Shown: positions 42,259-53,594, counted from the stretch's first letter. The stretch is DNA of 64,000 nucleotides from Actinomycetes bacterium (GCA_038322045.1 JBBQFP010000008.1:9622-73621); one strand, 5' to 3'. Numbers and translations: made by a program. The notes: generated by a model not told the origin, from the letters alone.

Positions 42259-43017
42259 ATGAGGACGCCGAGCACCCACCCCGCGATCCTCGGGCTGGTG
42301 CTCGGCGTCGCCGTCCTCATCGGGGTGCCGGTCGTGTGGTTCGTCACCGGCGCCGGGGGGCGGTCGGGCTCGGTGGGAACCCTGCCGGCACCCTCGGCGC
42401 CTGCTGCGTCGTCGGCCGGGTCGCCCGCCGCCTCGGGGCAGCCTGCGAGCCCACCCGTACCGTCCCCGGTTCCGTCTGCCTCGGCGGCCCGTCCGACGCC
42501 GGCCTCGACGCCGACGCCGACGCCGGCCGCACCGCCCGCGGCCGCGGACCCGGTGGCGGTCACCGGGCTCCGTGTCCCCGCAGCCAGGGTCGACGCCGCG
42601 GTCGTGTCGGTCGGGGTCGCGGCGGACGGGCAGGCCGAGGTTCCCGCGGATGCGAGGCGGGTCGGCTGGTACCGCTTCGGACCGGCGCCGGGCGAGCCCG
42701 CAGGCAACGCCGTCCTCATCGGGCACCGGGACTCCCAGGCGCTAGGGGCCGGGGCGCTGTTCCGGATGTCCGCGGTCCGTCCCGGTGACCGGCTCTCGGT
42801 GGTGCGTGCTGACGGCCGCGTGCTCGAATACCGCACGGTGGCTGTGCGCTTCTACCCGAAGGCGACAGCCCCCTGGGCCGACGTCTTCTCGCGCACCGGG
42901 CCCCCGGCGCTCGTCGTCGTCACGTGCGGCGGGCCCTACGACCGGGCACGCGGCGGCTACCAGGACAACCTCGTCGTCACGGCCCTCCCGGTCTCGGCCC
43001 CCGGCGCCGCCACGTGA
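42259..43017 (+). CDS. Class F sortase
   Basis: N-terminal TM, Pro/Ala-rich linker, then the catalytic domain with LIGHRD... and [11 protein letters not shown] (active-site Cys) ...YQDNLVV. Confidence 0.8.
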   Translation: MRTPSTHPAILGLVLGVAVLIGVPVVWFVTGAGGRSGSVGTLPAPSAPAASSAGSPAASGQPASPPVPSPVPSASAARPTPASTPTPTPAAPPAAADPVAVTGLRVPAARVDAAVVSVGVAADGQAEVPADARRVGWYRFGPAPGEPAGNAVLIGHRDSQALGAGALFRMSAVRPGDRLSVVRADGRVLEYRTVAVRFYPKATAPWADVFSRTGPPALVVVTCGGPYDRARGGYQDNLVVTALPVSAPGAAT

Positions 43018-43604
43018 CCCGGGTGGCGTCGGCCGAGGCGCTCACCGACCCCGAGGTGGCCCATGGCTTCGCGCGAGGCGACGAGGCGTGCCTCGAGCAG
43101 GCCTACCGGCGGTGGTCGGCGCTCGTCCACACCGTCGCGCTACGGTCGCTGGGCTCGCGGCCGGACGCCGAGGACGTCACCCAGCTCGTCTTCGTCAGCG
43201 CCTGGTCGAGCCGCGAGCGCTACGACCCCCGCGCCGGCACCCTCGCCGGGTGGCTGCTCGGGATCACCCGCAACAAGGTCGCTGACCGGTGGCAGTCGAC
43301 CCAGCGCGACCGCCGCCTCGACGTCGTCCTCGCCGCCGACGCCGACGTCGCTGTGCTAGGCTCCGGCGTCGGGGCTGCTGCCTCGCCGGCGGAGTCGGTG
43401 ACCGACCGGGTGCTGCTCGCGGACGAGCTGGCTCGCCTCGACGACACGCCACGGCGGATCATGGAGCTGGCGTTCTACAACGACCTCACCCATGCACAGA
43501 TAGCAAGCGTGCTCAGCCTCCCGCTGGGCACGGTCAAAAGCCACATCCGCCGCTCGCTCGAGCGGCTGAGGACCCGGTTGGAGGTGGACGGTGCGGCACT
43601 GTGA
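43014..43604 (+). CDS. ECF sigma factor (SigK-like)
   Basis: The GTG start overlaps the sortase stop. Region 2 [22 protein letters not shown]...[14 protein letters not shown]. Region 4 [20 protein letters not shown]. Confidence 0.85.
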   Translation: MTRVASAEALTDPEVAHGFARGDEACLEQAYRRWSALVHTVALRSLGSRPDAEDVTQLVFVSAWSSRERYDPRAGTLAGWLLGITRNKVADRWQSTQRDRRLDVVLAADADVAVLGSGVGAAASPAESVTDRVLLADELARLDDTPRRIMELAFYNDLTHAQIASVLSLPLGTVKSHIRRSLERLRTRLEVDGAAL

Positions 43605-44304
43605 TGACGAGACGCTCGCCGTCCGCGCCCTGGGCGAGACGGTCGGCGACGCCTGGGACGACGGTCACCTCAGCGGCTGCGCCCGGTGCCAGAGCGAGCT
43701 CGACGAGCTGCGCGCGGTCGTCGCGACCTGCCGCGCGATCGCGCCGGACGACGGCCTCGTCCCAGCGCCCCCGGCCGTGTGGGACCGGGTCCGCGCGGAG
43801 GTGACCGCGCAGCCGACGTCGGCCCGGGTCATCGCGCTCGCGCCTCGCCGGTGGGGCGGCAGGGCGCAGGTCCTCCTCGCTGCGGCTGCGTGCCTCGTTC
43901 TGCTGACTGTCGGCGTCCTCGCCGGTGCGCTCGCCGCTCATCGCATCGACAGCCGGCCGGACCCGGTCCTCGCCCGTGCGCCGTTGACCGCAGTCGCGCC
44001 CTTGACGGCGCAGACCGTCTCGGGCAGCGCCGTCGTCTCACGCCACGACGGCCGGCTCGTCCTCACCGTGGCGGTCCGCGGACTGACGGCGACCCAGGGC
44101 AGCTACTACGAGGTGTGGATCATGGATCGCGGCCTCACGGTGCCCGTCGCGGTCGGCGTGCTCGGCGGTTCGCAAGGCAGCTTCGACCTGCCTCCCTCGG
44201 CCGCTCTGGACCGTTTCCCCGTCGTCGACGTCAGCCTCGAGCCGCTCGACAGCGACCCTGGCCACTCCTCGAAGAGCCTCGTCCGGGGAACGCTGCCCGT
44301 CTGA
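43591..44304 (+). CDS. Anti-sigma factor (zf-HC2 N-terminus, one TM, RskA-like C-terminal domain)
   Basis: [12 protein letters not shown] (H-x3-C-x2-C), [25 protein letters not shown], and C-terminal ...SYYEVWIMD...VDVSLEP typical of RskA. Overlaps the end of the sigma gene. Confidence 0.75.
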   Translation: MRHCDDETLAVRALGETVGDAWDDGHLSGCARCQSELDELRAVVATCRAIAPDDGLVPAPPAVWDRVRAEVTAQPTSARVIALAPRRWGGRAQVLLAAAACLVLLTVGVLAGALAAHRIDSRPDPVLARAPLTAVAPLTAQTVSGSAVVSRHDGRLVLTVAVRGLTATQGSYYEVWIMDRGLTVPVAVGVLGGSQGSFDLPPSAALDRFPVVDVSLEPLDSDPGHSSKSLVRGTLPV

Positions 44305-44320
44305 CCGTCGAGGGCATGCT

Positions 44321-44920
44321 GTGGCGCGGGCGTCCGTCGTCGCCGGCTTCGTCCTCCTGCCGTTCTCGGTCGCCAGCGTGACGGCCAGCCGGCTTGCCGC
44401 ATGGCTCGCGCGTCGGCTCTCGCCCGACCACGTGCTGCCGGTCGGCTCGGTGGTCTTCCTCCTCGCCATGCTCGGCTTCGTCGGCTGGCGGCACAGCCTG
44501 TGGCAGGTCGTGCTCGCCTTGACGGTCGCCGGGCTCGGGGTCGGCTGCACCTTTGCCGCGATGCCGAGCCTCATCGTGCGGGCCGTCCCGCCCGAGGAGA
44601 CCAGCAGCGCCATGAGCTTCAACCAGGTGCTTCGCTACGTCGGCTACTCCACGGGCAGTGCCCTGTGCGCGGCGGTGCTCCTCGCGCACACGGCTCCTGG
44701 CGCGGCCCTGCCCAGCAACGAGGGCTACCACGTCGCGGGCCTCATCGGCGCGGGGGTGTGGCTGCTCACCGCCGTCGTCAGCGTGGTGCTGCCGCTGCAC
44801 GGCCGCCGCCGGCGCGCCGCCGCCACCGCCCTGGGCCGCCCGGACGCGGTCGAGGAGGAGATGCTCGTCGAGGAGAGCGTCGCCGACGCGCTGCCGTACC
44901 CGCACCCCTCGGTCCGGTGA
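44321..44920 (+). pseudogene. MFS transporter, C-terminal half only (truncated)
   Basis: The 199-aa ORF has about 6 TM helices resembling TM7-12 of a drug/H+ antiporter-type MFS protein. No N-terminal half lies upstream (the anti-sigma gene ends at 44304). Confidence 0.5.
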
Positions 44921-46239
44921 CCGGCGTCGCGCCGCAACGGCGCTCCCGCAGCGCGTCCCGCACCCGGGAGCGGCTGCTCGAGGCCGCCCAGGAGCTCTTC
45001 GGCAAGCAGGGCTTCGAGCGCACGACGCTGCGCGAGGTCGCCGGGCGGGCCGGTGTCGACGCCGCGCTCGTGGCCCGCTACTTCGGCGGTAAGGAGCAGC
45101 TCTACCTCGCTGCGCTACGGGCCGAGGTCGGTCACGACCGGCCCGCCGACCTCACCGAGCCCGAACGCGTCGCCGAGCTCGTCGAGCGGGTGGCACGACG
45201 GGGGAGCGGACCGGTCCTCGGCTCGGTCCTGCGCCGGCCGGACGACGACGCCGTCGCCGCCGAGGTCGCAGCGCACCTCGACGCGCGCCTCGTGGCCCCG
45301 CTGCGCGACCGGCTGGCCGACGCGGGGCGTGCCGACGCGGACCTGCGCGCTGAGGTCATGGTCGCCGCTCTCCTCGGTGTCCTCGCTGCCCGGGAGGCGG
45401 GCACGTTGCCGCGGCTGGCCGAGCTGGACGACGCCACCGCGGCGGCGCTCGTCAGCGACCTGTTCGCCATGGCACGGGGCACCGCCGAGGGCAGCGGCGG
45501 CGGCACGGCGGGTCGTCGGGTTCCTCGACGCAGCCCTGCGACGCTGAGCCGTCCCGTCCCCGAGCCCTCCACGTACGGTGGCGGGATGGCGCGACCGACG
45601 AGATGGGCCACCGAGACCGGGGCCGAACACTCCCAGTGGTACATCGAGAGGTTCCGCACGATGGCCGCCGAGGGGGCCGACCTCGCCGGCGAGGCCCGAC
45701 TCGTCGACGCCATGCTGCCGCGCGGCTCGCGCGTTCTCGACGCCGGCTGCGGGACGGGCCGGGTCGGCGCCGAGCTGCACGCTCGGGGCCACGTCGTCGT
45801 CGGCGTGGACGCCGACCCCGAGCTCGTCGCGGCCGCGGCGCACGACCACCCAGGGCCGACGTGGCTCGTCTGCGACCTCGCCGAGCTCGACCTGCCGGCG
45901 CTGGGCCACGAGGAGCCCTTCGACGCCGCCGTCGTCGCGGGGAACGTCCTCGCGTTCGTCGCGCCCGACACCGAGCGCGCGGTGCTGCGCAGCATCGTCG
46001 ACCACCTGCGACCCGACGGCTTCTGCGCCGTCGGCTTCGGCACCGGCCGCGGCTACGACCTCGCGCGCTTCGACGAGGACCTCGAGGCGGCAGGGTTCAC
46101 CCTTGAGCACCGCTTCGCGACGTGGGACCTGCGCCCGTGGCACGACGGCGCAGAGTTCGCCGTCAGCCTCCTGCGCCGTCCGGCGGGTGCAGGCGCGCCG
46201 CGAGCAGCTGCGCAAGGTGAGTCCCGCGACGCTCGGTGA
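44917..46239 (+). CDS. TetR-family HTH domain and class I SAM methyltransferase domain in one uninterrupted reading frame
   Basis: Tet[46 protein letters not shown] at the N-terminus. From the ATG at 45586 an MTase follows ([15 protein letters not shown]...). No stop codon separates them. It could be a fusion or two genes sharing a frame. Confidence 0.6.
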   Translation: MTGVAPQRRSRSASRTRERLLEAAQELFGKQGFERTTLREVAGRAGVDAALVARYFGGKEQLYLAALRAEVGHDRPADLTEPERVAELVERVARRGSGPVLGSVLRRPDDDAVAAEVAAHLDARLVAPLRDRLADAGRADADLRAEVMVAALLGVLAAREAGTLPRLAELDDATAAALVSDLFAMARGTAEGSGGGTAGRRVPRRSPATLSRPVPEPSTYGGGMARPTRWATETGAEHSQWYIERFRTMAAEGADLAGEARLVDAMLPRGSRVLDAGCGTGRVGAELHARGHVVVGVDADPELVAAAAHDHPGPTWLVCDLAELDLPALGHEEPFDAAVVAGNVLAFVAPDTERAVLRSIVDHLRPDGFCAVGFGTGRGYDLARFDEDLEAAGFTLEHRFATWDLRPWHDGAEFAVSLLRRPAGAGAPRAAAQGESRDAR

Positions 46240-49042
46240 GGTCGGCGAGCTGGGTGCGGCACGAGAACCCGTCGGCCAGGACGACGGCGTCCGGCCCCGC
46301 GGCCCGAACCGCCGGCAGCAGCTGCTGGCCGGCGACGGCCAGGGAGACGTCGCGGTGCCCGCGCTCCATCCCCCAGCTGCCCGCGAGCCCGCAGCAGCCC
46401 CCGAGCCGGGTGACCTGCGCGCCCGCCGAGGCGAGCAGAGCGGCGTCGACGTCCCAGCCCAGGACGGCGTGGTGGTGGCAGTGCGGCTGCGCCACGACCT
46501 CGGTGCCTCGCAGCGACGGCGGCTGCCAGCCAGGGGTCTCGGTGAGCAGCTCGGCCAGCGTGCGCGTGGCCGCGACGAGCCCGGCGGCTGGCCCGTCGGA
46601 CGGCAGCAGCTCGAGGGCCTCCGAGCGCAGGACGGCGAGGCAGGACGGCTCGAGCCCGACGACCGGCGCCCCCCCGGCGGCCGCTGCTGCCAGACCGGCG
46701 ATGGTGCTCCCAAGGATCCGACGGGCGGCGCCGAGCTGGCCCGTCGTGATCCACGTGAGCCCGCAGCACAGCGACCCCGGCGGCACGACGACGTCGTAGC
46801 CGGCGGCCTCCAGGACGGCCACGGCGGCGACGCCCACGCCGGGGGAGAAGTGGTCGGTGAAGGTGTCGACCCAGAGCACCACCGGGGGTCGGGGCGCGGC
46901 GCGGGCACGCGGGCGCTGCTGCCACCACCGGGTGAAGGTCCGCGGCGCGAAGGCCGGCAGGCTGCGCCGCGGGTCGACGCCGGCGGCGGCCAGCAGCACC
47001 GGCCCGAGCCTCGGTGCGGCGAGGGCGCGGTTGACCAGTCCAGGGGCGCGGGCGGCGACGTCGGCCCAGCGCGGCAGCCAGCCGAGGCTGTAGTGCGTCC
47101 GCGGCCGTAGCCTGCGCAGGTAGGCCTGGTGCAGCACCTCGGTCTTGTACGCCGCCATGTCGACGCCCGTCGGGCAGTCCCTCGAGCAGCCCTTGCACGC
47201 CAGGCAGAGGTCGAGGGCCTCGTGGACCTCAGGCGCGCGCCACCCCTCGACGACGCCGTCGCTGCTGAGGAGCTCCTGGAGCACGCGTGCCCGTCCGCGG
47301 GTGCTGTCCTTCTCCTCCCGGGTGGCGACGAAGGACGGGCACATGACGTCGTGCCCGCGGGGGAGGTCCGCCCGGCACCGGCCGACCCCGGTGCACCGGT
47401 GCACCGCCTCGGTGAGGCCGCCGTCGTCGTGCCGGTAGGCCAGCGCCAGGCGTCCGGGGGCCGGTCGGGCCGCCTGCAGCCGAAGGGCGGCCACCGGGTC
47501 GTCAGCTGCGACGAGGACCCCGGGGTTGAGCGCCCCGTCGGGGTCGAAGAGCGCCTTGACGCGGGCGAACAGGTCGAGGGCGGCGGGAGAGTACATCGCC
47601 CCGAGCAGCGCGCTACGGGCGCGGCCGTCGCCGTGCTCGCCCGAGAGCGACCCGCCGTGGGCGGTGACGAGGGCGGCGGCGTCGGCGAGGAACCGGGCGA
47701 ACCGCTCCGGCCCGTCGTCGGCGGTCAGGGGGAGGTCGAGCCGGACGTGGAGGCACCCGTCGCCGAAGTGGCCGTAGGGCAGCCCGGTGAGCCCGTGCTC
47801 GTCGAGGAGGGCGTCGAACTCACGGAGGTAGGCGCCGAGACGCTCGGGCGGGACGGCGGCGTCCTCCCAGCCGGAGTGCGCGGGCCGACCGTCCGGGGTG
47901 CGGGCCGCGAGTCCGGCGCCGTCCTGGCGGATGCGCCACACGGCCGCGACCTCGCGCGGGTCGGTGAGGACAGCGCTGTCGAGGGCTCCGGCGTCGGCCA
48001 CCAGCGCCGGTACCCGGGAGAGCGCCTCGCCCGCAGTGTCTGCCGACAGCTCGACGAGCAGCCACCCGGCGCCGCGGGGCAGCAGCGGCACCGAGCGGCC
48101 CGGGCGAGCGCGCAGCGGGTCGACGATCCTCGAGTCGAGGCCCTCGCACGCGGTCGGCCGGTGGACGAGCACGGCCGGGACGGCGTCAGCGGCGGTGGCC
48201 ATCCCCGGGTAGCCGAGGACGACGAGCACCCGGTGCGGCGGCTCCCTGACGAGGCGCACCGTCGCTGCGAGGACGAGCGCGAGGGTTCCCTCGCTGCCGG
48301 CGAGGAAGCGCTCGGTGCGGGCGCCCTTCTCGGGCAGCAGGTGCTCGAGGGCGTAGCCGGAGCCCTGACGCCCGAAGCGCCCGAGCTCGGTCCGGATCAC
48401 CCCGAGGCCGCCCGTGACGAGCTCCTCGAGGCCCCGGACGGTGTCGGTGGAGCCCTCGCCGAGCCGGAGCCGCCGTCCGCTTCCCGTGACGACGTCGAGG
48501 CCGACGACGTTGTCGCTCGTCCGCCCGTAGGCGAGCGCCCGGGAGCCGCAGGCGTTGTTGCCGATCATCCCGCCGATCGTCGCGCGGTCGGCCGTGCTCG
48601 GGTCCGGCCCGAAGCGCAGGCCGTGCGCGGCGACCGCCCGCTGCAGCCGTGCCTGGACGACCCCTGGCTGCACGGTCGCCGTCCGGGCCTCGGCGTCGAC
48701 GTGGAGCACCCGGTCGAGGTGGCGGCTCGTGTCGAGGACGACGCCCGGGCCGATGGCGTTGCCTGCGATCGAGGTGCCAGCACCGCGGGCAGTGAGGGGC
48801 ACGCCCATCGCGCGGCAGGCGTCGAGGGTGCCGAGGACGTCGTCGGCCGACCGCGGCCGGACGACGGCGCGGGGCGGGATCCGGTAGAGCGAGGCGTCGG
48901 TCGAGTACATCGCCCGGTCGATGGCCGCGGTCGAGACATCGGTGACGCCGTTGCGGCGCAGGGCGTCGAGCAAGGGAGCAAGGTCACCTGCGGCGCCGTC
49001 CACGACGGCACTCTCGCACGGCGCGACGACGTCGTCGCGCAT
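46163..49042 (-). CDS. FAD-linked oxidase (GlcD-like) fused to a 4Fe-4S/CCG domain (D-lactate/2-hydroxyacid dehydrogenase-like)
   Basis: 959 aa. FAD-binding PCMH domain ([10 protein letters not shown]...[16 protein letters not shown]), ferredoxin-type Cys clusters ([19 protein letters not shown]), and C-terminal Cys-rich CCG-like repeats. Confidence 0.85.
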   Translation of the reverse strand: MRDDVVAPCESAVVDGAAGDLAPLLDALRRNGVTDVSTAAIDRAMYSTDASLYRIPPRAVVRPRSADDVLGTLDACRAMGVPLTARGAGTSIAGNAIGPGVVLDTSRHLDRVLHVDAEARTATVQPGVVQARLQRAVAAHGLRFGPDPSTADRATIGGMIGNNACGSRALAYGRTSDNVVGLDVVTGSGRRLRLGEGSTDTVRGLEELVTGGLGVIRTELGRFGRQGSGYALEHLLPEKGARTERFLAGSEGTLALVLAATVRLVREPPHRVLVVLGYPGMATAADAVPAVLVHRPTACEGLDSRIVDPLRARPGRSVPLLPRGAGWLLVELSADTAGEALSRVPALVADAGALDSAVLTDPREVAAVWRIRQDGAGLAARTPDGRPAHSGWEDAAVPPERLGAYLREFDALLDEHGLTGLPYGHFGDGCLHVRLDLPLTADDGPERFARFLADAAALVTAHGGSLSGEHGDGRARSALLGAMYSPAALDLFARVKALFDPDGALNPGVLVAADDPVAALRLQAARPAPGRLALAYRHDDGGLTEAVHRCTGVGRCRADLPRGHDVMCPSFVATREEKDSTRGRARVLQELLSSDGVVEGWRAPEVHEALDLCLACKGCSRDCPTGVDMAAYKTEVLHQAYLRRLRPRTHYSLGWLPRWADVAARAPGLVNRALAAPRLGPVLLAAAGVDPRRSLPAFAPRTFTRWWQQRPRARAAPRPPVVLWVDTFTDHFSPGVGVAAVAVLEAAGYDVVVPPGSLCCGLTWITTGQLGAARRILGSTIAGLAAAAAGGAPVVGLEPSCLAVLRSEALELLPSDGPAAGLVAATRTLAELLTETPGWQPPSLRGTEVVAQPHCHHHAVLGWDVDAALLASAGAQVTRLGGCCGLAGSWGMERGHRDVSLAVAGQQLLPAVRAAGPDAVVLADGFSCRTQLADLTERRGTHLAQLLAARLHPPDGAGG

Positions 49043-49249
49043 GATGCCCGAGGTCGCGGACTCTCACGCTGCGTAGTCATTCGTTGACCATATGTGTTCG
49101 GCTTTGCACCAATATTGCGTCGATCGGGGTTCCTTGACTCGAAACCCTTGCCTGAGAGGGCCTGCGACGGATAGACCTCCCCCTTGCGTCGGCCAGGGCC
49201 CCACGGGGCGGCCCGTCCACCACCGGCTGGCGCCATAGGGAGGTTGTCC

Positions 49250-51481
49250 ATGCACCGACGTCATGTCCGGTGTGCCACGGTCGGCGTCACAGCCGCCGTC
49301 GTGGCTGCGCTCGTCGCCGTGCCTACCGGCGCGCAGGCGAGCACACCGAAGGTCGCCGCGCCGCAGGCGCTGGCTCAGGCCACCGCACCGGCCCCCCCCG
49401 CGGGGGACGTGCGCGAGATCCCATCCAGCAAGAAGTACCAGGTCAAGGACTTCACGACCCGGGGTACCGCCCTTCGGGCAGCGCCGCGGGCCCTCGCCGC
49501 CCCGACGACCCCGTCGGTCGGCACGAAGCGCCAGTGGATCGCCCTCGATGACCTTGAAGGCTCGCTCTACCGCAAGAACTACACGCTGCGCGGCGTCGGC
49601 AACAAGATCGAGGTCTGGGTCGCCGACGACATCGCGTTCCCGGCCGGGGACTGCCGGATGAGCACCCCCGGGTCGACGGAGGTCACCGACGCCCAGGTCC
49701 AGGGCCTCATCACCGAGTTCGACACCAACATGTTCCCCAAGGAGTCCGCGGCCTTCAGCGTGGCGCCGGACCGTGACGGGACGAACGCCCTCCTGGGCCC
49801 GGACAAGACCGGCAACGGTGGCAACTACACCGGCTCCGGTGACAAGATCGTCACGCTCGTCGACAACGTCCGCGACGACAACTACTACACGTTCCCGGCC
49901 GCGCCGACGTACATCGCCGGGTTCTTCTCCTCGCAGTTCAACGACCTGCTCGACCGCAACGTCATGACGATCGACGCGTTCGACTGGCTGCACCGCACCG
50001 GGGCCAACCCCGTGGACGCACCGACCGACGACCTCTGCACGAGCCGTCCGGCCCGCGAGCGCCTCTACGAGGGCGTCTTCGCCCACGAGTACCAGCACCT
50101 GCTGCAGTCCTACCAGGACCCGGCCGAGGTCAACTGGGTCAACGAGGGCCTCTCCGACTACGCCGAGACGCTCACCGGGTACGCCAACAGCAACGCGACG
50201 GTGTTCCAGAAGGGTGCCCAGAGCCACCTCTTCTGCTTCCAGGGCTTCGGCACGATCAAGACGCCGTACAACACCAACCCGCGCGCCTGCGGTGGTCCGG
50301 CGAACTCCCTGACCCTCTGGGGCGACCAGGGCGACGGCAACGAGATCCTCGCCGACTACGGCAACGCCTGGTCGATGATGCTCTTCCTCAGCGACCGTTA
50401 CGGGCTGCCGTTCATGAGCGCCCTGCACCGTGACGGCGAGCACCAGGGGATCGCCAGCCTGCAGCACGAGCTCGACAACTTCGCACCGGGTACGAAGGCG
50501 TACTCGGTGATCCACGACTTCCAGACGATGGTCCTGCTCGACCAGACCCTCGGCGGCCGCTTCGGCCTGCTCCTGGGCAAGGACCGTCGCAAGGTCACGA
50601 CGCCGAGCCTCACCTCGTCGGTGAACCTCGACAACCCGGCGTCCTACGCCGCCCCCGGTGCCGCTCCCAACGGTGCCGACTACGTGGCGCTGCGCAACGG
50701 CTCCGGTCGGGTCCTGCGAGGCAGCGAGCTGCGCTCGCTCTCGTTCTCGGGTGCCACCGAGCTGCCGACGCAGCCGCTCGTGTGGTCCGTCGTCAGCAAC
50801 GACCCCGACCGTGCCGGCAACCCGGTCCTGTTCTCCGGCAACACCAACAACACCGACGCCTCGGCCGTTCTCGAGGCGACCGTCCCGACGAGCGACCCCA
50901 CGCTGAGCTTCCTCGCCAAGTACGGCGCGGAGGAGGGCTACGACTACGGCTACGTCCTCGTCTCCACCGACGGCGGCGCGACCTACACGCCGATCGCTGG
51001 TTCGGACACCGTCGCGGGCCCGCTCGGCCCGGCGCTCAACGGCACCACCGTGGGCTTCGAGAAGCGCACCTACAACCTGTCGGCGTACGCCGGCCAGAAG
51101 GTGCTCATCGGGTTCCGGTACGTCAGCGACGGTGGCGTCAACGAGGGCGGTCTGCTCCTCGACGACATCACGCTCGGATCCACCGTGCTGAGCGACGGCT
51201 CGAGCCTCGCGCCGTTCCGCTCCTTCACCGAGGTGCGACCCACCAAGGTCGCGAACTGGAACGTGCGTCTCGTCGGCTACGACGAGAGGCTAAGGGTCGC
51301 CGCCTACCTCGAGGTCGACGGCAAGAACGCCTTCAGCCTCAGCCGGGGCCAGCTCATCCGGTTCCTCACGTTCCCGAAGGTCGTCGCCATCGTGGGCTAC
51401 GACGACCCGACGGAGCAGGTGCAGCAGAGCGCCGGCTACACGCTCACCGTCAACGGCGTGACCCAGCCGGGCGGGCGCTGA
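49250..51481 (+). CDS. Secreted M6 (immune inhibitor A-like) metalloprotease
   Basis: Signal peptide MHRRHVRCATVGVTAAVVAALVAVPTGAQA. Zinc site VFAHEYQHLL (HExxH). Size and layout match InhA-type M6 peptidases. Confidence 0.85.
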   Translation: MHRRHVRCATVGVTAAVVAALVAVPTGAQASTPKVAAPQALAQATAPAPPAGDVREIPSSKKYQVKDFTTRGTALRAAPRALAAPTTPSVGTKRQWIALDDLEGSLYRKNYTLRGVGNKIEVWVADDIAFPAGDCRMSTPGSTEVTDAQVQGLITEFDTNMFPKESAAFSVAPDRDGTNALLGPDKTGNGGNYTGSGDKIVTLVDNVRDDNYYTFPAAPTYIAGFFSSQFNDLLDRNVMTIDAFDWLHRTGANPVDAPTDDLCTSRPARERLYEGVFAHEYQHLLQSYQDPAEVNWVNEGLSDYAETLTGYANSNATVFQKGAQSHLFCFQGFGTIKTPYNTNPRACGGPANSLTLWGDQGDGNEILADYGNAWSMMLFLSDRYGLPFMSALHRDGEHQGIASLQHELDNFAPGTKAYSVIHDFQTMVLLDQTLGGRFGLLLGKDRRKVTTPSLTSSVNLDNPASYAAPGAAPNGADYVALRNGSGRVLRGSELRSLSFSGATELPTQPLVWSVVSNDPDRAGNPVLFSGNTNNTDASAVLEATVPTSDPTLSFLAKYGAEEGYDYGYVLVSTDGGATYTPIAGSDTVAGPLGPALNGTTVGFEKRTYNLSAYAGQKVLIGFRYVSDGGVNEGGLLLDDITLGSTVLSDGSSLAPFRSFTEVRPTKVANWNVRLVGYDERLRVAAYLEVDGKNAFSLSRGQLIRFLTFPKVVAIVGYDDPTEQVQQSAGYTLTVNGVTQPGGR

Positions 51482-51542
51482 CCGCACCGCCGTCTGCACC
51501 CGGCTGGCTGACTCGTCAGCCTCGTGCGGGCAGATGACGACC

Positions 51543-51579
51543 CAGCGGGGGTCGGGCCCATCGGGCCTGACCCCCGCTG
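51543..51579. terminator. GC-rich hairpin between convergent genes (candidate bidirectional terminator)
   Basis: CAGCGGGGGTC ... GACCCCCGCTG: 11-bp perfect arms around a 15-nt centre. Lies between the M6 protease stop (51481) and the APH stop (51580). There is no clear U-tract. Confidence 0.4.
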
Positions 51580-52800
51580 CTACGCCCGGAGGCTCTCGGC
51601 AGCCACACGGAGCCATGCGGCGGGGTCCTGAGCGTGGTAGACGCGCTCGTCGGGCTCGATCCGGTCGAGGAAGCCCTGGTAGACCACCGCCTGCCGCAGC
51701 GCGGCCAGCGGCCGTAGCAGCCGGGCCGCCGTCTCGGGGTCGCAGCCGGGCACCGCGCGGCGCCACGTGCCGGCCCAGTGACGGGAGACCGGTTCCCGGT
51801 CCTCCGCGGGGATGCGCGAGAGGAACGCCGCCTGGTCGAGCAGCGGGTGCCCGACGCCGCAGTCGCCCCAGTCGAGCAGAGTCAACCGGTCCTCGCCGCC
51901 GCGGACGTTGCCCGGGTGGAAGTCCCCGTGGACGAGTGTCTCGGGCAGGCCGGCCTCCTCGATCGCCCTGAGCCGCCCGGTCATCCCCTCGTCGAGGGCG
52001 GTGCCGAGGGCCATGACGTCCTCCCGGTCGAGCGCGGCTGCCTGATGGCGCAGGACCGGGGCCGCGGCCTCGACGAGGGCGCGGCCGCGCCAGTCAGGCA
52101 TCCCCAGACCGAGCAGCTCCGGGACCCGACCCGCCTGCGCCGACTGGAGCGCCACGAGGATGTCGACCATGGCGAGCAGGCGCTCCCGCGGGGCGTCGAA
52201 CTGGTCCGTCCCCGGCAGGTGAGCCAGCAGCATGCGGGGGCCGTCGGCCGCGAGGAGCTCGGGCACGGGGCCGCCGAGCCGGGCGATGACGGAGGCCTCG
52301 TGGGAGAAGAACGGCGGCACGGCCTTGAGCCACACGGAGCCGTCGTCGGTCGGCAGCGTCCACAGCGAGGACAGGTTCCACGTCTTCACCTGGCGGGCCG
52401 GGCCGCAGGGTGGCGTGCCGCGGGCGCGCAGGACGCCGCGCGCCCAGGCAAGGTCCGCGGCCGGGCCCCCGGGCTCCGCCCACGGCAGCCGCAAGGGGTG
52501 CGGGGTCAGCGGGTCACGGCCGCGCCAGGGCGCGACGGGTCGGCGCAGCCGCTGCGACGGGTCGCCGAGCTCCGCGAGGTAGGTCACGGCGCCGCCCCTC
52601 GGCGGCCGGTTCGGCGTGCGGCCGCAGAGCAGGCGCAGGAGGATGACGTCGGTCCCGAGGCGCTCGCGGGCTGCCCTCACCACACCGGCGGCTTCCGGCC
52701 ACCAGGGCAGCGGCACCGGGCCGAGGTCGACCGAGCCGAGGGTGCCCCCGCCCGCGCACAGCACGAGCGTGACATCCCGGTGGCTGGGGGCGTCACCCAC
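51580..52800 (-). CDS. Aminoglycoside/choline-kinase-type phosphotransferase (APH family)
   Basis: Catalytic loop LVHGDFHPGNV and LLDWGDCGVGHPLLD. The start is uncertain (GTG at 52800 or upstream to 52875). Confidence 0.7.
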   Translation of the reverse strand: MGDAPSHRDVTLVLCAGGGTLGSVDLGPVPLPWWPEAAGVVRAARERLGTDVILLRLLCGRTPNRPPRGGAVTYLAELGDPSQRLRRPVAPWRGRDPLTPHPLRLPWAEPGGPAADLAWARGVLRARGTPPCGPARQVKTWNLSSLWTLPTDDGSVWLKAVPPFFSHEASVIARLGGPVPELLAADGPRMLLAHLPGTDQFDAPRERLLAMVDILVALQSAQAGRVPELLGLGMPDWRGRALVEAAAPVLRHQAAALDREDVMALGTALDEGMTGRLRAIEEAGLPETLVHGDFHPGNVRGGEDRLTLLDWGDCGVGHPLLDQAAFLSRIPAEDREPVSRHWAGTWRRAVPGCDPETAARLLRPLAALRQAVVYQGFLDRIEPDERVYHAQDPAAWLRVAAESLRA

Positions 52801-52889
52801 CGAGACCGGCCGGGTGCTTGTTGCGAATGAGTTGCACCTGCGGGGTTCTCGCGCAAGGCTGACCCCACGCACCACCGAGGAGGTCCGCC

Positions 52890-53594
52890 GTGCACGTGCC
52901 CGATGGCTTCATCAACGCACCCGTGTCCGTTGCTGCCGGCGTCATCGCCGCGGGCGGCATCGCCGTCTGCCTGCGGGGCGCGAAGCGTGAGCTCGACGAG
53001 CGGACGGCGCCCATGGCCGGGCTCGTGGCAGCGTTCGTCTTCTCCGTGCAGATGCTCAACTTCCCCGTCGCAGCCGGCACGAGCGGTCACCTGCTGGGGG
53101 GTGCGCTCGCGGCGATCCTCGTCGGCCCCTTCACAGGGGCACTCTGCGTCGCCGTCGTCCTCCTCGTCCAGGGGCTTTTCTTCGCTGACGGCGGGCTGAC
53201 GGCGCTCGGCATCAACATCATCGACATGTCGCTCGTCACCGTGCTCGTGGGCTACGGCGTGTTCCTGCTCGTCCTGCGCCTCCTGCCGCCCAAGCACAGC
53301 AGCGTTGTCGTCTCCTCGTTCGTCGCCGCTCTCATCTCGGTTCCCGTGGCCTCGATGGCCTTCGTCCTCGCCTACGCCCTCGGCGGCACGACTGACGTCT
53401 CGATCGGCAAGGTCGCCACGGCCATGGTGGGGGTCCACGTGCTCATCGGCATCGGCGAGGCGTTCATCACGGCGCTGACTGTCGGCAGCGTCCTAGCCGT
53501 CCGGCCGGACCTCGTCCGTGGCGCCCGAGGCATCGGTCCGACGCTCGAGCTGCGGCCTGCGCCCGTCACCGTCCCGAGCAAAGGTCTGTCATGA
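52890..53594 (+). CDS. cbiM: ECF-type cobalt/nickel transporter substrate-capture subunit CbiM
   Basis: MHVPDGFINAPVS... is the invariant CbiM/NikM N-terminus. Also AAGTSGHLLGGAL and 6-7 TM helices. Confidence 0.85.
   Translation: MHVPDGFINAPVSVAAGVIAAGGIAVCLRGAKRELDERTAPMAGLVAAFVFSVQMLNFPVAAGTSGHLLGGALAAILVGPFTGALCVAVVLLVQGLFFADGGLTALGINIIDMSLVTVLVGYGVFLLVLRLLPPKHSSVVVSSFVAALISVPVASMAFVLAYALGGTTDVSIGKVATAMVGVHVLIGIGEAFITALTVGSVLAVRPDLVRGARGIGPTLELRPAPVTVPSKGLS

Noticed and set aside
51506-51521. Short hairpin GGCTGAC-TC-GTCAGCC after the M6 protease gene.
   Set aside because: A 2-nt loop is sterically implausible and there is no U-tract. The larger 51543-51579 hairpin is the better terminator candidate.
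52801-52889. Possible cobalamin or nickel riboswitch upstream of cbiMNQO.
   Set aside because: The gap is at most about 90 nt, too short for a cobalamin riboswitch. I could find neither a B12-box-like element nor conserved paired regions. Regulation is left unassigned.
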